From: Hormiphora californensis
Lineage: Eukaryota > Animalia > Ctenophora
Length of the DNA stretch: 64,000 nucleotides
Assembly (NCBI GenBank): GCA_020137815.1
Contig: CM035358.1
Location: 8,060,001-8,124,000 of the forward strand
Reading direction: 5' to 3'
A program made the translations under genes and the position numbers. Positions within the stretch are counted from its first letter, which is position 1; every line of letters begins with the position of its first letter. The notes beneath the pieces were generated by a model, which was given only the letters and a program-made list of their open reading frames with translations, was not told the origin of the DNA and did no database searches. Below are positions 53,621 to 64,000 of the stretch, piece by piece.

Positions 53621-54548
53621 AATCTCTGAATTCTCAGGTACTGGGCTATCCCAGTACCGCAAAAGGCTTTTTTCAAAGCCACCCAAATATAAAAAGAAAC
53701 CATGATATTGAGAAATAATTTCAATTAATCATTTTGGGATTTGCTTTTGAACTCCACACTGTGTAGGTCACACCAGAAGCATAAGTGTATAAATCTCATT
53801 GTACTAGAAAAAATACAACCTACACACTGTATGGCGGCGCCATACCCCATTTGATTCTCACTCAGATGGGTCGCGGCGCCAGACAGCCTACACATAACAA
53901 GACTGATATAGTGCTGTTGATTACACGCAAGAACTCATTCCGAAAGGTGTGAAAACTCTTGTGTGTGTAATACACACGCTAGAATAAGGAGAGATTGGGC
54001 GACAGGGTGTCTCCATTAGAAAGGACAAGAGGGAGCTTGGTATTTCACTATTTCTTATCTCCCCCAATAGAGATTAAGGATGCTCCCGTTGCCATGGTGG
54101 CAAAGTGATGATAATCACCACCGGAGCATCCTTCCGTAACATTTTAACACATTCCCATGTCCCATGATCTAATTAAGAGTCTTAATGTCTTGATATGGCT
54201 TCGTCTAGCCGAGATACGGTCATTGGTTAAAACGGTGTCATGCGACAGAACAACCCTTTATTATATCATGAAAAGATGCTCCAGAGGTGATTATCATCAC
54301 CTCTTTACCATTTAGACTATACTAGTTATATAGTGAAATTTACATTGTACACCTGTACAATTGGCATGTCAAGATTCGAAGTTGCTAGCTATCCAAAACG
54401 CCATTACTTAACCGTACAGTTCTTGTACAATAATGCTAGAGTTTCTTTTTTAGATTTGGGTGGCGCTGAAAGCAGGAAGCCGTTGTTCCATGTTTCTTCG
54501 TTCTTGCTCCGTGATCCGGATAGAGAAACACGCGTAAATCGTTAAGCG

Positions 54549-55009
54549 ATTAGCTTAGGCCTTTCGCAGAGCGCTAGACTGCTTGGCAAGAGAATCAGGC
54601 CTGGATGTTGGGGGCAGTAAGCACGCTCTCTGAGGCAATGGTCTACTCGGGCGTTCGATTAGTTGGTTCAGTTGCTTCCTCATCGTTCCATCACAAAAGC
54701 GGCAGCTTGGCAAGTGTCGTAGGATGATCCTGTGCTTCTTTTTGTCACGTCTAGCGTTGCCAGGCCATACTCAGGATTTCATGCATGCCGCAGGTATTTG
54801 GGTCTCGCATTAACAGCTGCAAAGGTGAATCGGGGGCACCATGGCTGCCGCGCAACTCGCTCTGGGTCGTAGTTTTCCTTTCGCCTGAGTAAGTCGGAAC
54901 ACGAGGCTCAGGTCAACGGGGAACTGTCAGTCCAGGGCCATTGGAGATTCGGTATTTAGTGGCTCTTAGCTCTTAGCTTTGCGCTCCTTTGGTCGCACGT
55001 CGCAGACAT
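54549..55009 (-). pseudogene. H2A: Garbled histone H2A copy
   Basis: Colinear with intact H2A and its promoter. Confidence 0.75.
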
Positions 55010-55450
55010 GTTGATTCAGGTGTGGTTGTTGAAAACCTGTGTTGCTGAGGTTCCGATTGGAATTGATTTCTGTAAGCCGAGCCCCGGTCTATATACTGTT
55101 ACTCCTCGAGCTGACTTCGGATAGAATATAGAGCTCATTTCAAACTCCTGCTTCTGCGCATTGGGCTGAGCGTCTCTAATTGCTAAGAACTAGAGTGGCG
55201 CAATACGATGCTCAATTAGGAACACTAGCGTGTGACGGCAAGATATCCAATAGAGTGTAGGCGTTTCATAAGGGCCTCAGCTGATTAATCTGGCTGCCAG
55301 CTTAGGCAAGGGAGGCTCTTCTGCATTGGTTCACCTGAGGCTTCTACAGAATCGTCGACGCCTGTATAATACAACCGGGTGCAAGATTCGTGGGGTCAAA
55401 GCAACTCGAGCTAACTGCAGCTGGTACTATCTCCTAAATCAGCCTTTAAG

Positions 55451-55917
55451 ATGGCCGCTCCTTGTTTCTGGTAAAGAAATCTCGAGAAGAAGGCTAGGCA
55501 AGAAGGCGCGGCGGTCGGAGGAGAGCAAGAAGCGAAAGAGAGAAGAGGAAGGAATCGCTACTCCGATCTACATCTACCAGGTCGCGCTCAAGCAGGTCTC
55601 ACCCGATACTGGTAATCAGCTGGCTCTATCAAGGGCGTCATTGTCTGGCATCATGAACTCCTTTGTGAACGGATAGAACGTGAAACGACATCATTTGAGA
55701 GGATCGGGCGCGGAGAAGGTGGCTCTTCTCGACTTGGACATCTATCAACAAGGCGGATAAGACGGGGGCATCTCCTCCAGAGAGGTCGTCATACTGCCGT
55801 AATTCTGCTTTTGCCTCGGTGCGGCTGGGTGGCCGAAGGGGGCAGCGACTGTATCAAGAGGGATAGTCCAAGGGCTGTTAGCGCAAGTACAACGGGCTCA
55901 TCATTGTCTCCTAGTAA
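55451..55917 (+). pseudogene. H2B: Garbled histone H2B copy
   Basis: IMNSFVN remnant; clean stem-loop at ~55959-55975. Confidence 0.78.
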
Positions 55918-57975
55918 ACTGGAGGAGCTCCCGCCGTGTTTCCAAAACACGGCAAAAAGGCTTTTTTCAAAGCCACCCAAAAACCAAAAGAAACGTGTGC
56001 GATCCAATCGTCCCATTATAACATTCAATATCAAAACTTAGATCAAACGTAGGGCGCGAGAGTTTCATAGGATAGGAAAACATTGAATGAGCGTGTGTAA
56101 AGGTCACTAGGTGATCGTGAAAAAGCAAGGTATTGTCTACTGCCGCGCCCAAGGGAGGGGAGAGCGCGTTCCCCCTTCCAACTTAGCACTTTGTAGGACA
56201 CACGTGTTGTCAATCTGGCACTCTGATTGGTCACGTGCTTGCGTCTCTTCTCACCGTGTTTCACTTATTGTACCGTGTTTATCGATACCGTAAATTATCA
56301 CTACAAGCAGCCTTGCTAAGAGCTGCTGAAAATTGTGTGCGTAGCTATAGGACGTGTAGTGGTAAAATTGTAAAACACTATCTACACTACCTCTCAAAGA
56401 GCGCCTTGTTTCGTGACCTTTAACAAACTCTTTGCCAGCTAACCGCTTCATCTCATATCTATGGGTCACCACACACCAAAGTTGGGATGGAATGGTTCTG
56501 TGAAAAGGAACCACCCCATGGGGGTGGGGAATTTTCACAGAGCAAGTCCGATCAGTCAATCTCCACGCGATCCATCCTGGAAACGGCACCTTGGCTTCGC
56601 CTTGGTGACGGCTAATGACTGCGGGCGTCCAGACAACTTCTGGATTATTACCTTCCTGACTCACGTCACCCGACTCCTGGGACTTCATTCCGTCATTGAG
56701 GGCCGTGCTGGCCGGTCGGTACCCGCTGGCTGTGCCTGCAAAAGCAAGCTTCATTGCCCATGTGGCTGTCTTTATGACAGGTGCATGAGATAAACCCTGT
56801 AATAATCGCAATGTAGGGGCTGGTCGCCCGCTGGGGAACCGCTGTCTGCCCAAATTTGCACGGTCTAACGAACGCTCTGGCCCTATTAAACCGCCCGACA
56901 TCGACCTATTTTGTCTCGCTCACCCAAAAGCAGATCTAGACACAAATAACTTACCGCTTAAGAGCCACTACTTCAACGTAACGGGGTCGACGAAAACGAC
57001 GCATGGTGAACAAGTCGAGCCCTCAGGTTGAAGCAAACTGGCGCAACGACAGTTCGGCAAGCTCGGCAAGTTCTAGACTCCGCTCATGAACACACCCATA
57101 CTCCACCCGGCCCTCGCCCTAATCCAAGCTCGCGCACTTATGGGCGATCTCCAGCTGGCGTACAGCTTGACAACACTATGCAGCGGGAGCCTGCAGCCCG
57201 GACATCAACCCCAAAAGCAAGCGGTCTTAAGTGACAAATACTGCTACAAATCTGCAAGACGCCTTTAGTAGTCGAGGTAAAAGCCCTATACAGTTTGGGG
57301 ACACTAACAATGAGTACCGCTTATTCAAATGGGCAAGACATATCGGCTAGGCGACTGAGTACCCCTCGCATTGAATGACGCGAAGCTTGGGAACTGATAC
57401 TGGTCAATGGGCACTCAGGGATCAACCATAGACGGTTTTTTACAGCAAGCTAATCTTATAACTCTGGCCACCGCACCCGGCAGATGGGCAACATCGCCTG
57501 AGTCCGGACCATTGGGTCGTACTTGTGAAATACGATTACTATACTAGGCTAAGCTTAGACTACAGTGCCCTGGTGTAAAGAAAGGCATTTAATCGGGCGC
57601 TTGATAGGTTAATGTCAATGATATGCCGGGCAAATACCTACATTCCTACTAGTTGTCGTGAGGCAGTGGTACTCAAGGACGGGCATCGCATATCGGAAGG
57701 TACGTCGCTGTGTCATCACATGTCTGTGGGAAGAGATTTCTCCAGTGCGCGAAACCTGCCAGGCAGACTCGCATGCTCGCATTTTGGCGGGGGGAACCAC
57801 AAAGTAGACTGCTGGGAACCAGTGGAGGATGCTAGTGTAATCACTCGTACGGGGCCCAGTGCGCCTGGGTGCGTGTGGGGGTCATCTGGCAAGGAGTGAG
57901 GTCAGTAACGGGCCGGCTGAGGGGTCATCAATAACCTCAGCATGGGGTGGAACGACGGGAGGTACCGAACACACA

Positions 57976-58240
57976 CACACACACCAAAGTTAAAATTAAA
58001 ATTAAAATTTTGATTTTAAACCCGCACACATCAGCGGCCGTTAAAATTTCTCTCCCCCATGCTAAAAGTAACAATCTCGCGCGCGATTTTGACGGCGTGT
58101 TAAAATTTTGTCATCCAACGCGACCGTCAAAATCGTGCGTGAGATTGTTACTTTTAGAATGGGGAGAGACATTTTAACGGCCGCTGGTGTGTGCGGGATT
58201 AAATTCAAAATTTTAATTTTAATTTTAACTTTGGTGTGTG
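57976..58240. mobile_element. Palindromic MITE with CAC termini
   Basis: cacacaccaaagttaaaatt...aattttaactttggtgtgtg, ~120-bp arms. Confidence 0.8.
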
Positions 58241-58606
58241 GTGACCCTATCTCATATCTACCACTATCTTACTTTCTCTAGTTCATAAAATTTTAGTGAC
58301 CCCTTTTTGGTGATGCAAGGCAATGTTGAATTGGATATACCATAGGACAATCATGCAGAGAGAAAACACAAGCCCGGGTTGCAACCGGTTGGTCTTGGTA
58401 CCATTGCCACCTATTCTCGCAACATATTGCCTAGCTAGACCGTTTTTCGCGTAAAGGGAGGGTTAGCACATAACAAGCATCATGTGTATTGTGTGTCACC
58501 AAGGGAAGGTATTGAGGTTTATTGAGCGTTATACCGATATTTAAAGTAGTTGTCGTGTTCTATGATGTATTGTATGGACTGGAGAATTTCTTTATTTGAT
58601 TTGGTT

Positions 58607-58622
58607 GGCTTTGAAAAAAGCC
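58607..58622 (-). terminator. Histone 3' stem-loop (H1)
   Basis: GGCTTT-TTTC-AAAGCC, followed downstream by AAAGAAAT. Confidence 0.9.
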
Positions 58623-58668
58623 GTTGTTTCTGAAGGAATGCACCTTCAGAAGGAGATCAAGTGTTGAT

Positions 58669-59151
58669 CTATTTCTTTGCCTTCTTGGGAGTGGCCTTTT
58701 TGGCAGTAGGCTTCTTCTTGGCGGCAGTAGGTTTCTTCTTAGGGGTAGTCTTCTTGGCAGCAGCAGTCTTCTTCTTGGGAGACTTGGCAGCAACTTTCTT
58801 CTTGGGGGTACCGGCCTTCTTAGCAGCAGGTTTCTTGGCGGCGGGTTTCTTGGCAGCGGCTTTCTTGGCAGCAGGTTTCTTGGCAGCAGGCTTCTTTTCC
58901 ACGGCAGCCAGTTTGAAAGATCCGGCACATCCCAATCCAGTCTTCTTAACGAGAGCTCCAGACTTTAGACCACGGAGAAGGGCCAACTTGAGCTGGGACT
59001 CGTGCCTGTCTCCAACCTTGTAGTTGGCGGAGATGTACTTGGAGATGGCGACCTTTGAACTTCCGGAGCGGTTGGCAAGAGAAGAGATGGCAGCGGCAAT
59101 CATCTCCTTGTACTGAGGATGCTCAGCGGGCTTCTTGGGAGCGGCTTTCTT
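58669..59151 (-). CDS. H1: Histone H1 (first ATG at 59103; homology extends to 59151 with no ATG)
   Basis: HPQYKEMI..AI..L..RSGSS..AI.KYI...G.AGSFKL plus a K/A/P-rich tail. Confidence 0.92.
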   Translation of the reverse strand, partial: KKAAPKKPAEHPQYKEMIAAAISSLANRSGSSKVAISKYISANYKVGDRHESQLKLALLRGLKSGALVKKTGLGCAGSFKLAAVEKKPAAKKPAAKKAAAKKPAAKKPAAKKAGTPKKKVAAKSPKKKTAAAKKTTPKKKPTAAKKKPTAKKATPKKAKK

Positions 59152-59219
59152 GGTTGGGTAGAAGCTGATGAAACTTGCTGTTGAGTGTTGAGCTGATGTA
59201 TCGAATTAAACTAAGGCCT

Positions 59220-59406
59220 CGAATCTTGCGGTATTTATACAGGGTCGGATTCTTTGAAGCTAGTGAACCAATGAGAAGGCTCCCTTTGAAAGCTGGCCAG
59301 TGGAGAGCAGCTTATGAAACGCTACACTCTAATTAGTCACGTGTCCGAATTGGAGCATCCTTATTGGCTCTAGCTATGCAATTAGTGGTAGCCAATGGAG
59401 AAGCAG
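59220..59406. promoter_or_regulatory. Bidirectional histone promoter (H1/H4)
   Basis: Outward-facing TATA boxes and several CCAAT boxes; near-copy of 62114-62312. Confidence 0.8.
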
Positions 59407-59514
59407 TAGACCAGCTCAGTACGAGTATAAATACCGGTGGGGCCGGCGGACTAGGAAACCAACTCAACATTTTCAACACCAAACAGTTTACACTCTCTGT
59501 ACATCTTCTACTGA

Positions 59515-59829
<315 letters not shown>

Positions 59830-59873
59830 AATCTCTACAATCTCAGGTACTGGGCTATCCCAGTACCGCAAAA

Positions 59874-59889
59874 GGCTTTTTTCAAAGCC
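59874..59889 (+). terminator. Histone 3' stem-loop (H4)
   Basis: GGCTTT-TTTC-AAAGCC-ACCCA, then AAAGAAACT. Confidence 0.92.
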
Positions 59890-59959
59890 ACCCAAATCTA
59901 TAAAGAAACTCTTACAATCGAACTGCGTACATGTCAAGTCGAATTACTTTCTCTCTATA

Positions 59960-60215
59960 AGAAATTGCGATCTGAGAAACTTTTCTCGCTTAGAAATCGT
60001 GATTCGAGAAAATTTTCTCGCTAAAAAACTGCGATAGAGAAAACTTTCCCGGTTAGAAATTAGGATTCGATAAATTTTCCTGCTTAGAAATTGCGATTCG
60101 AAAAAATTTTTCGCTTAGCAATTGTGATCCGAGAAATTTTTCTCGGTTAGAAATTACTATTTGAGAAAGTTTTCTTAGAATTTACGATTCAGGAAAATTT
60201 CCTCTGTTAGAAATA
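59960..60215. repeat. ~31-bp minisatellite with palindromic core CGAGAAA..TTTCTCG
   Basis: ~8 degenerate units. Confidence 0.85.
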
Positions 60216-60236
60216 GTGAATACAAAGCTGTTTGTA

Positions 60237-61062
60237 CAGTCGGACCCCGATTTAGTGGCATCCTCGGGGGAAAGAAATCCTGCCACTAAATCGGGGTGAG
60301 CCATATTTGGCCCATAAAAACCTATTTTATGCCCAAAATTCTATACTAAGACTAAAGACACCTCTAACTGTTATATGCAATATTCATGTATTGATGACAT
60401 GATCATTTCTGATTAGAAATAGAAAACTATCAAATAACTTTTTCAAAAAAATTGTAAAAAATTTTCTAAGTTATACCAGCCCGTCCGATTTGTGTTTCGA
60501 ATCGGTGCAGCTTCCTGGATGTCCTGTCTAATTAGCGGGTTCGAACCGAACCGATACGTGATACCATGCCGAATCGGGGCACCCTAAGCGGGTGAGGAAG
60601 TATCAAAATTTCAAAATAACTTTTTCTCTCAAAATTTATGGGGAGCACCGATCAAAGCATTGACAATCGTACTGTAAAATTTGCAAAAAAAGTTTTAAAA
60701 TTGTTTTGAAGGTATACCAGCCACATCCGAATCGTGTTTTGAATCGGTGCATCTTATCGCATGTCCTGCTGCTAATTAGACGGTTTAGAACGAATCGAAA
60801 CGTGATCCCCATCGAATCGAAATTTTGACGCTTGGTGAACTTATGGTTCAATGGCCCCATTACATGGGGATCCCGTTATCGGTTCGTTCCGAACCGTCTA
60901 ATTAACAGCAGGACATGCGATAAGGTTCACTGATTCGAAACACGATTCGGACGTGGCTGGTATTCCTTTGAAAAATTTTCAAAAAAATTTTTGGGGGAAA
61001 AAAATCCTGCCACTAAATCGGGGTGCCACTAAATCGGGGGCCACTAAATCGGGGTCCGACTG
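60237..61062. mobile_element. Tc1/pogo-type MITE with an internal palindromic insert
   Basis: TA|CAGTCGGACCCCGATTTAGTGGC...GCCACTAAATCGGGGTCCGACTG|TA. Confidence 0.85.
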
Positions 61063-61093
61063 TAGTGAGAATACGGTAGGCGGTAAATGTTAA

Positions 61094-61374
61094 CCAGATC
61101 TGTGAGAATTTCGCACGTTTTTGCCAATAACTCAGCCATTTCTTGACCAATTTGCAAAATCTTTGGCTCATTGGGAAGAGGACATTGAGATCTCTCAAAT
61201 AAGATCAAGGAAATGAAAATTGGCGTAAAGTGCGCGGCATGGTGGCGAAAACGCGCATTTTGTGCTCATTTGAAAGAGCTCAATGTCCTCTTTCCAACGC
61301 GCCCAAGATTTTGCAAATTGGTCAAGAAATGGCCGAGTTATGGGCAAAAATGTGCGAAATACTCACAGATCTGG
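61094..61374. mobile_element. piggyBac-type MITE
   Basis: TTAA|CCAGATCTGTGAG...CTCACAGATCTGG|TTAA. Confidence 0.85.
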
Positions 61375-61632
61375 TTAATGATAATAATGCATGCATTCAA
61401 TGATTTCATTTGCTGTCAAACTCTCGCGCGGTACGTCTAGCACACCAAGAAACCGTATTGGTCAAATGCCGTATTAAATGGCCTTTCCAGACGAGACAAA
61501 AAATGCACCCGAAGTGAAGCTCGTCTGGAAAGGCCCTTATTCAGATACCCACTACTAGCTGTTAGTAATGCTAGCTTAGAAATGCATAAAATGGGACGAT
61601 TGGATCGCACACGTTTCTTTTGGTTTTTGGGT

Positions 61633-61648
61633 GGCTTTGAAAAAAGCC
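61633..61648 (-). terminator. Histone 3' stem-loop (H2B)
   Basis: GGCTTT-TTTC-AAAGCC-ACCCA. Confidence 0.92.
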
Positions 61649-61689
61649 TTTTTGCCGTGTTTTGGAAACACGGCGGGAGTATCTCCAGT

Positions 61690-62064
61690 TTACTTGGAGA
61701 CTGATGAGGTGTACTTGGTAACAGCCTTGGTTCCCTCCGATACAGCGTGCTTGGCCAGCTCACCGGGCAAAAGGAGCCTCACGGCAGTCTGGACCTCTCT
61801 GGAGGAGATGGTCTTTCGCTTGTTGTAGTGTCCAAGTCGAGAAGCTTCTCCGGCGATCCTCTCAAAGATGTCGTTCACAAATGAGTTCATGATGGACATG
61901 GCCTTGGAGCTGATTCCAGTGTCGGGGTGGACCTGCTTGAGGACTTTGTAGATGTAGATGGAGTAGGATTCCTTCCTCTTCTTCTTTCGCTTCTTGTCTC
62001 CTCCGACACGGCCGGCCTTCTTGCCTGCCTTCTTCTCGGCTTTCTTTCCAGAAACGGGGGGCAT
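61690..62064 (-). CDS. H2B: Histone H2B
   Basis: [27 protein letters not shown]...AVTKYTSS; ATG at 62064. Confidence 0.99.
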   Translation of the reverse strand: MPPVSGKKAEKKAGKKAGRVGGDKKRKKKRKESYSIYIYKVLKQVHPDTGISSKAMSIMNSFVNDIFERIAGEASRLGHYNKRKTISSREVQTAVRLLLPGELAKHAVSEGTKAVTKYTSSVSK

Positions 62065-62113
62065 CTTCAAGTTGATTTGGGTACAGCTGCAGTTAGTGAG
62101 TTGTTCTGACCCC

Positions 62114-62312
62114 CGAATCTTGCGGTATTTATACAGGGTCGGATTCTTTGAAGCTAGTGAACCAATGAGAAGGCTCCCTTTGTAAGCTGGCCAGTAATAG
62201 TGAGGCTTATGAAACGCTACACTCTAATTGGATCTCTTGCCGTCACGTGTCCTAATTGGAGCATCCTTATTGGCTCTAGTTATGCAATTAGAGGTAGCCA
62301 ATGGAGAAGCAG
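62114..62312. promoter_or_regulatory. Bidirectional histone promoter (H2B/H2A)
   Basis: TATA and CCAAT boxes between divergent genes. Confidence 0.8.
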
Positions 62313-62443
62313 GGTTTTGAAATTGAGCTCTCTATTCTATCCGAAGTCAGCTCAGTAACAGTATATAGACCGGGGCTCGGCTTACAGAAATCAATTCCAA
62401 TCTTGAACTCCGCAGTTAACACAGTTTTCAACAACCCACCTGA

Positions 62444-62830
<387 letters not shown>

Positions 62831-62879
62831 ATCGTCTACCGATTTACCGCTGGTATCTCTTCCGAGAAACTGGCAAAAC

Positions 62880-62895
62880 GGTGCTTTTCAGCGCC
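62880..62895 (+). terminator. Histone 3' stem-loop (H2A)
   Basis: GGTGCT-TTTC-AGCGCC-ACCCA, then AAAGAAACT. Confidence 0.9.
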
Positions 62896-63399
62896 ACCCA
62901 AATCTAAAAAAGAAACTCTAGCATTTTTACCTACAACACGAGTAGGATTTAGTTAGCCACTATTATAGTATCTCTCTTCGTAAAGCAAGGGTCCCGGAGG
63001 GGTGGTTCACACAAACTTCATTCAAACAGTTATTTTCAATTCACCTCTGCTTTCCTGCTATTACTACACACAATCGTTGGAAGATTTTAAAAGGATGTAG
63101 GTATTGAGAGAGATAACATTGAACTGTGAATCATGAGCGCCAGACTAGCTGGTGCCATGGCTGGCGCCGGCTAGTCTGTCATATTGGCGCGCCAAGTTTA
63201 GACAGAGAGCGTTGTTCGTAGTACACAAACTCCATCTTGTCATTTATTGTGTTTTCAGTGATTCTAATTAGCGATATTTACACAGATCCCCCACCCAATA
63301 GACCAGTGCAAATGTTTCGCAAATTTGAGCCAGCTTGGTCTATGATTAAAATATAGTATAGGAGAGTAGTATATATAGGGGGGGGGGGCCAACGCTCAT

Positions 63400-63555
63400 T
63401 TTTTATATATTTTTATATATTTTATATACCTTTTTTTTGGAAAAAAAAAACAAATTTTTTATAATATATAAAAATATATAAAATATATAAAAATACATAG
63501 AATATATAAAAATATATAAAAATATATAAAAAATATATAAAAATATATAAAAAAT
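63400..63555. repeat. AT-only low-complexity inverted repeat
   Basis: (ttttatatat)n facing (aaaatatata)n. Confidence 0.8.
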
Positions 63556-64000
63556 TGTGCCGAAAGTGTGAAACAGAAAGCTGTTTTTCGCCATAGCGGG
63601 ATCAAATATCATTCAATTGATCTCAAACTTGGTCAGCATCTTCATCTAGATAATCCTGATGATTTTCCGTCATCAATGTGACGTTTGTAACATCGTGACG
63701 TCGCGTCAATAACGTCATGAACGTCAAATGACGTCAAAAATGATTGTTTTTTTAGTTTCGCGATCCAACCTCTCTTCACCAGTTCTAGTACATCTGCACG
63801 GATCAACATACAAAAAATGATTGAAATCACAAAAAACTGGTAGATATTATTAGGCCGGAACCTCTCTTCACCAGTTACTTTTGACAGTGCATAATTCACT
63901 TTTGACACATTCTCAAATGATGAAAACAGCTATCACCCTCTCAAAAACTTAAATTAACTCTATGAAACATATTCAAGTGAACAATAGATGGAAATAATCC

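Noticed and set aside
56040-57960. Possible degraded LTR element (gag/pol-like composition), including the 216-aa ORF
   Set aside because: No diagnostic motif recoverable from the noisy sequence.
58560-59023. Alternative-frame and antisense ORFs over H1 (likewise over H4, H2A, H2B)
   Set aside because: Shadow frames caused by histone codon bias.

Overview
Eukaryotic (animal) genomic DNA. It is probably a ctenophore (Pleurobrachia/Hormiphora-like); this is inferred from recalled repeat and spliced-leader motifs and was not checked by search. 3.1-16.7 kb is a five-element transposon nest: a split MITE holds a full-length CR1/L2-group LINE; the LINE carries a TAG-ended MITE in its 3'UTR and a non-autonomous Helitron in its tail; the Helitron holds a Gypsy element with identical LTRs. 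The LINE's 5' end looks like a trans-spliced leader, and its ORF1/ORF2 junction has an A_AAA_AAC slippery site. About 400 bp downstream lies a 14-exon Piwi gene with an intact DEDH tetrad. Next come kringle exons, an orphan SF3B1 fragment, an intronless LDLa-7TM GPCR, a fold-back array of a structured ~507-bp unit flanked by a 13-bp TSD, and a BAG-domain gene. About 36-58 kb is indel-riddled, probably unpolished long-read sequence, and contains 8 garbled histone genes. 58.6-62.9 kb holds clean replication-dependent histone genes as divergent H1/H4 and H2B/H2A pairs with stem-loops. Top candidates for a new system are the SL-capped, apparently promoterless LINE and the retrozyme-like 507-nt fold-back insertion.
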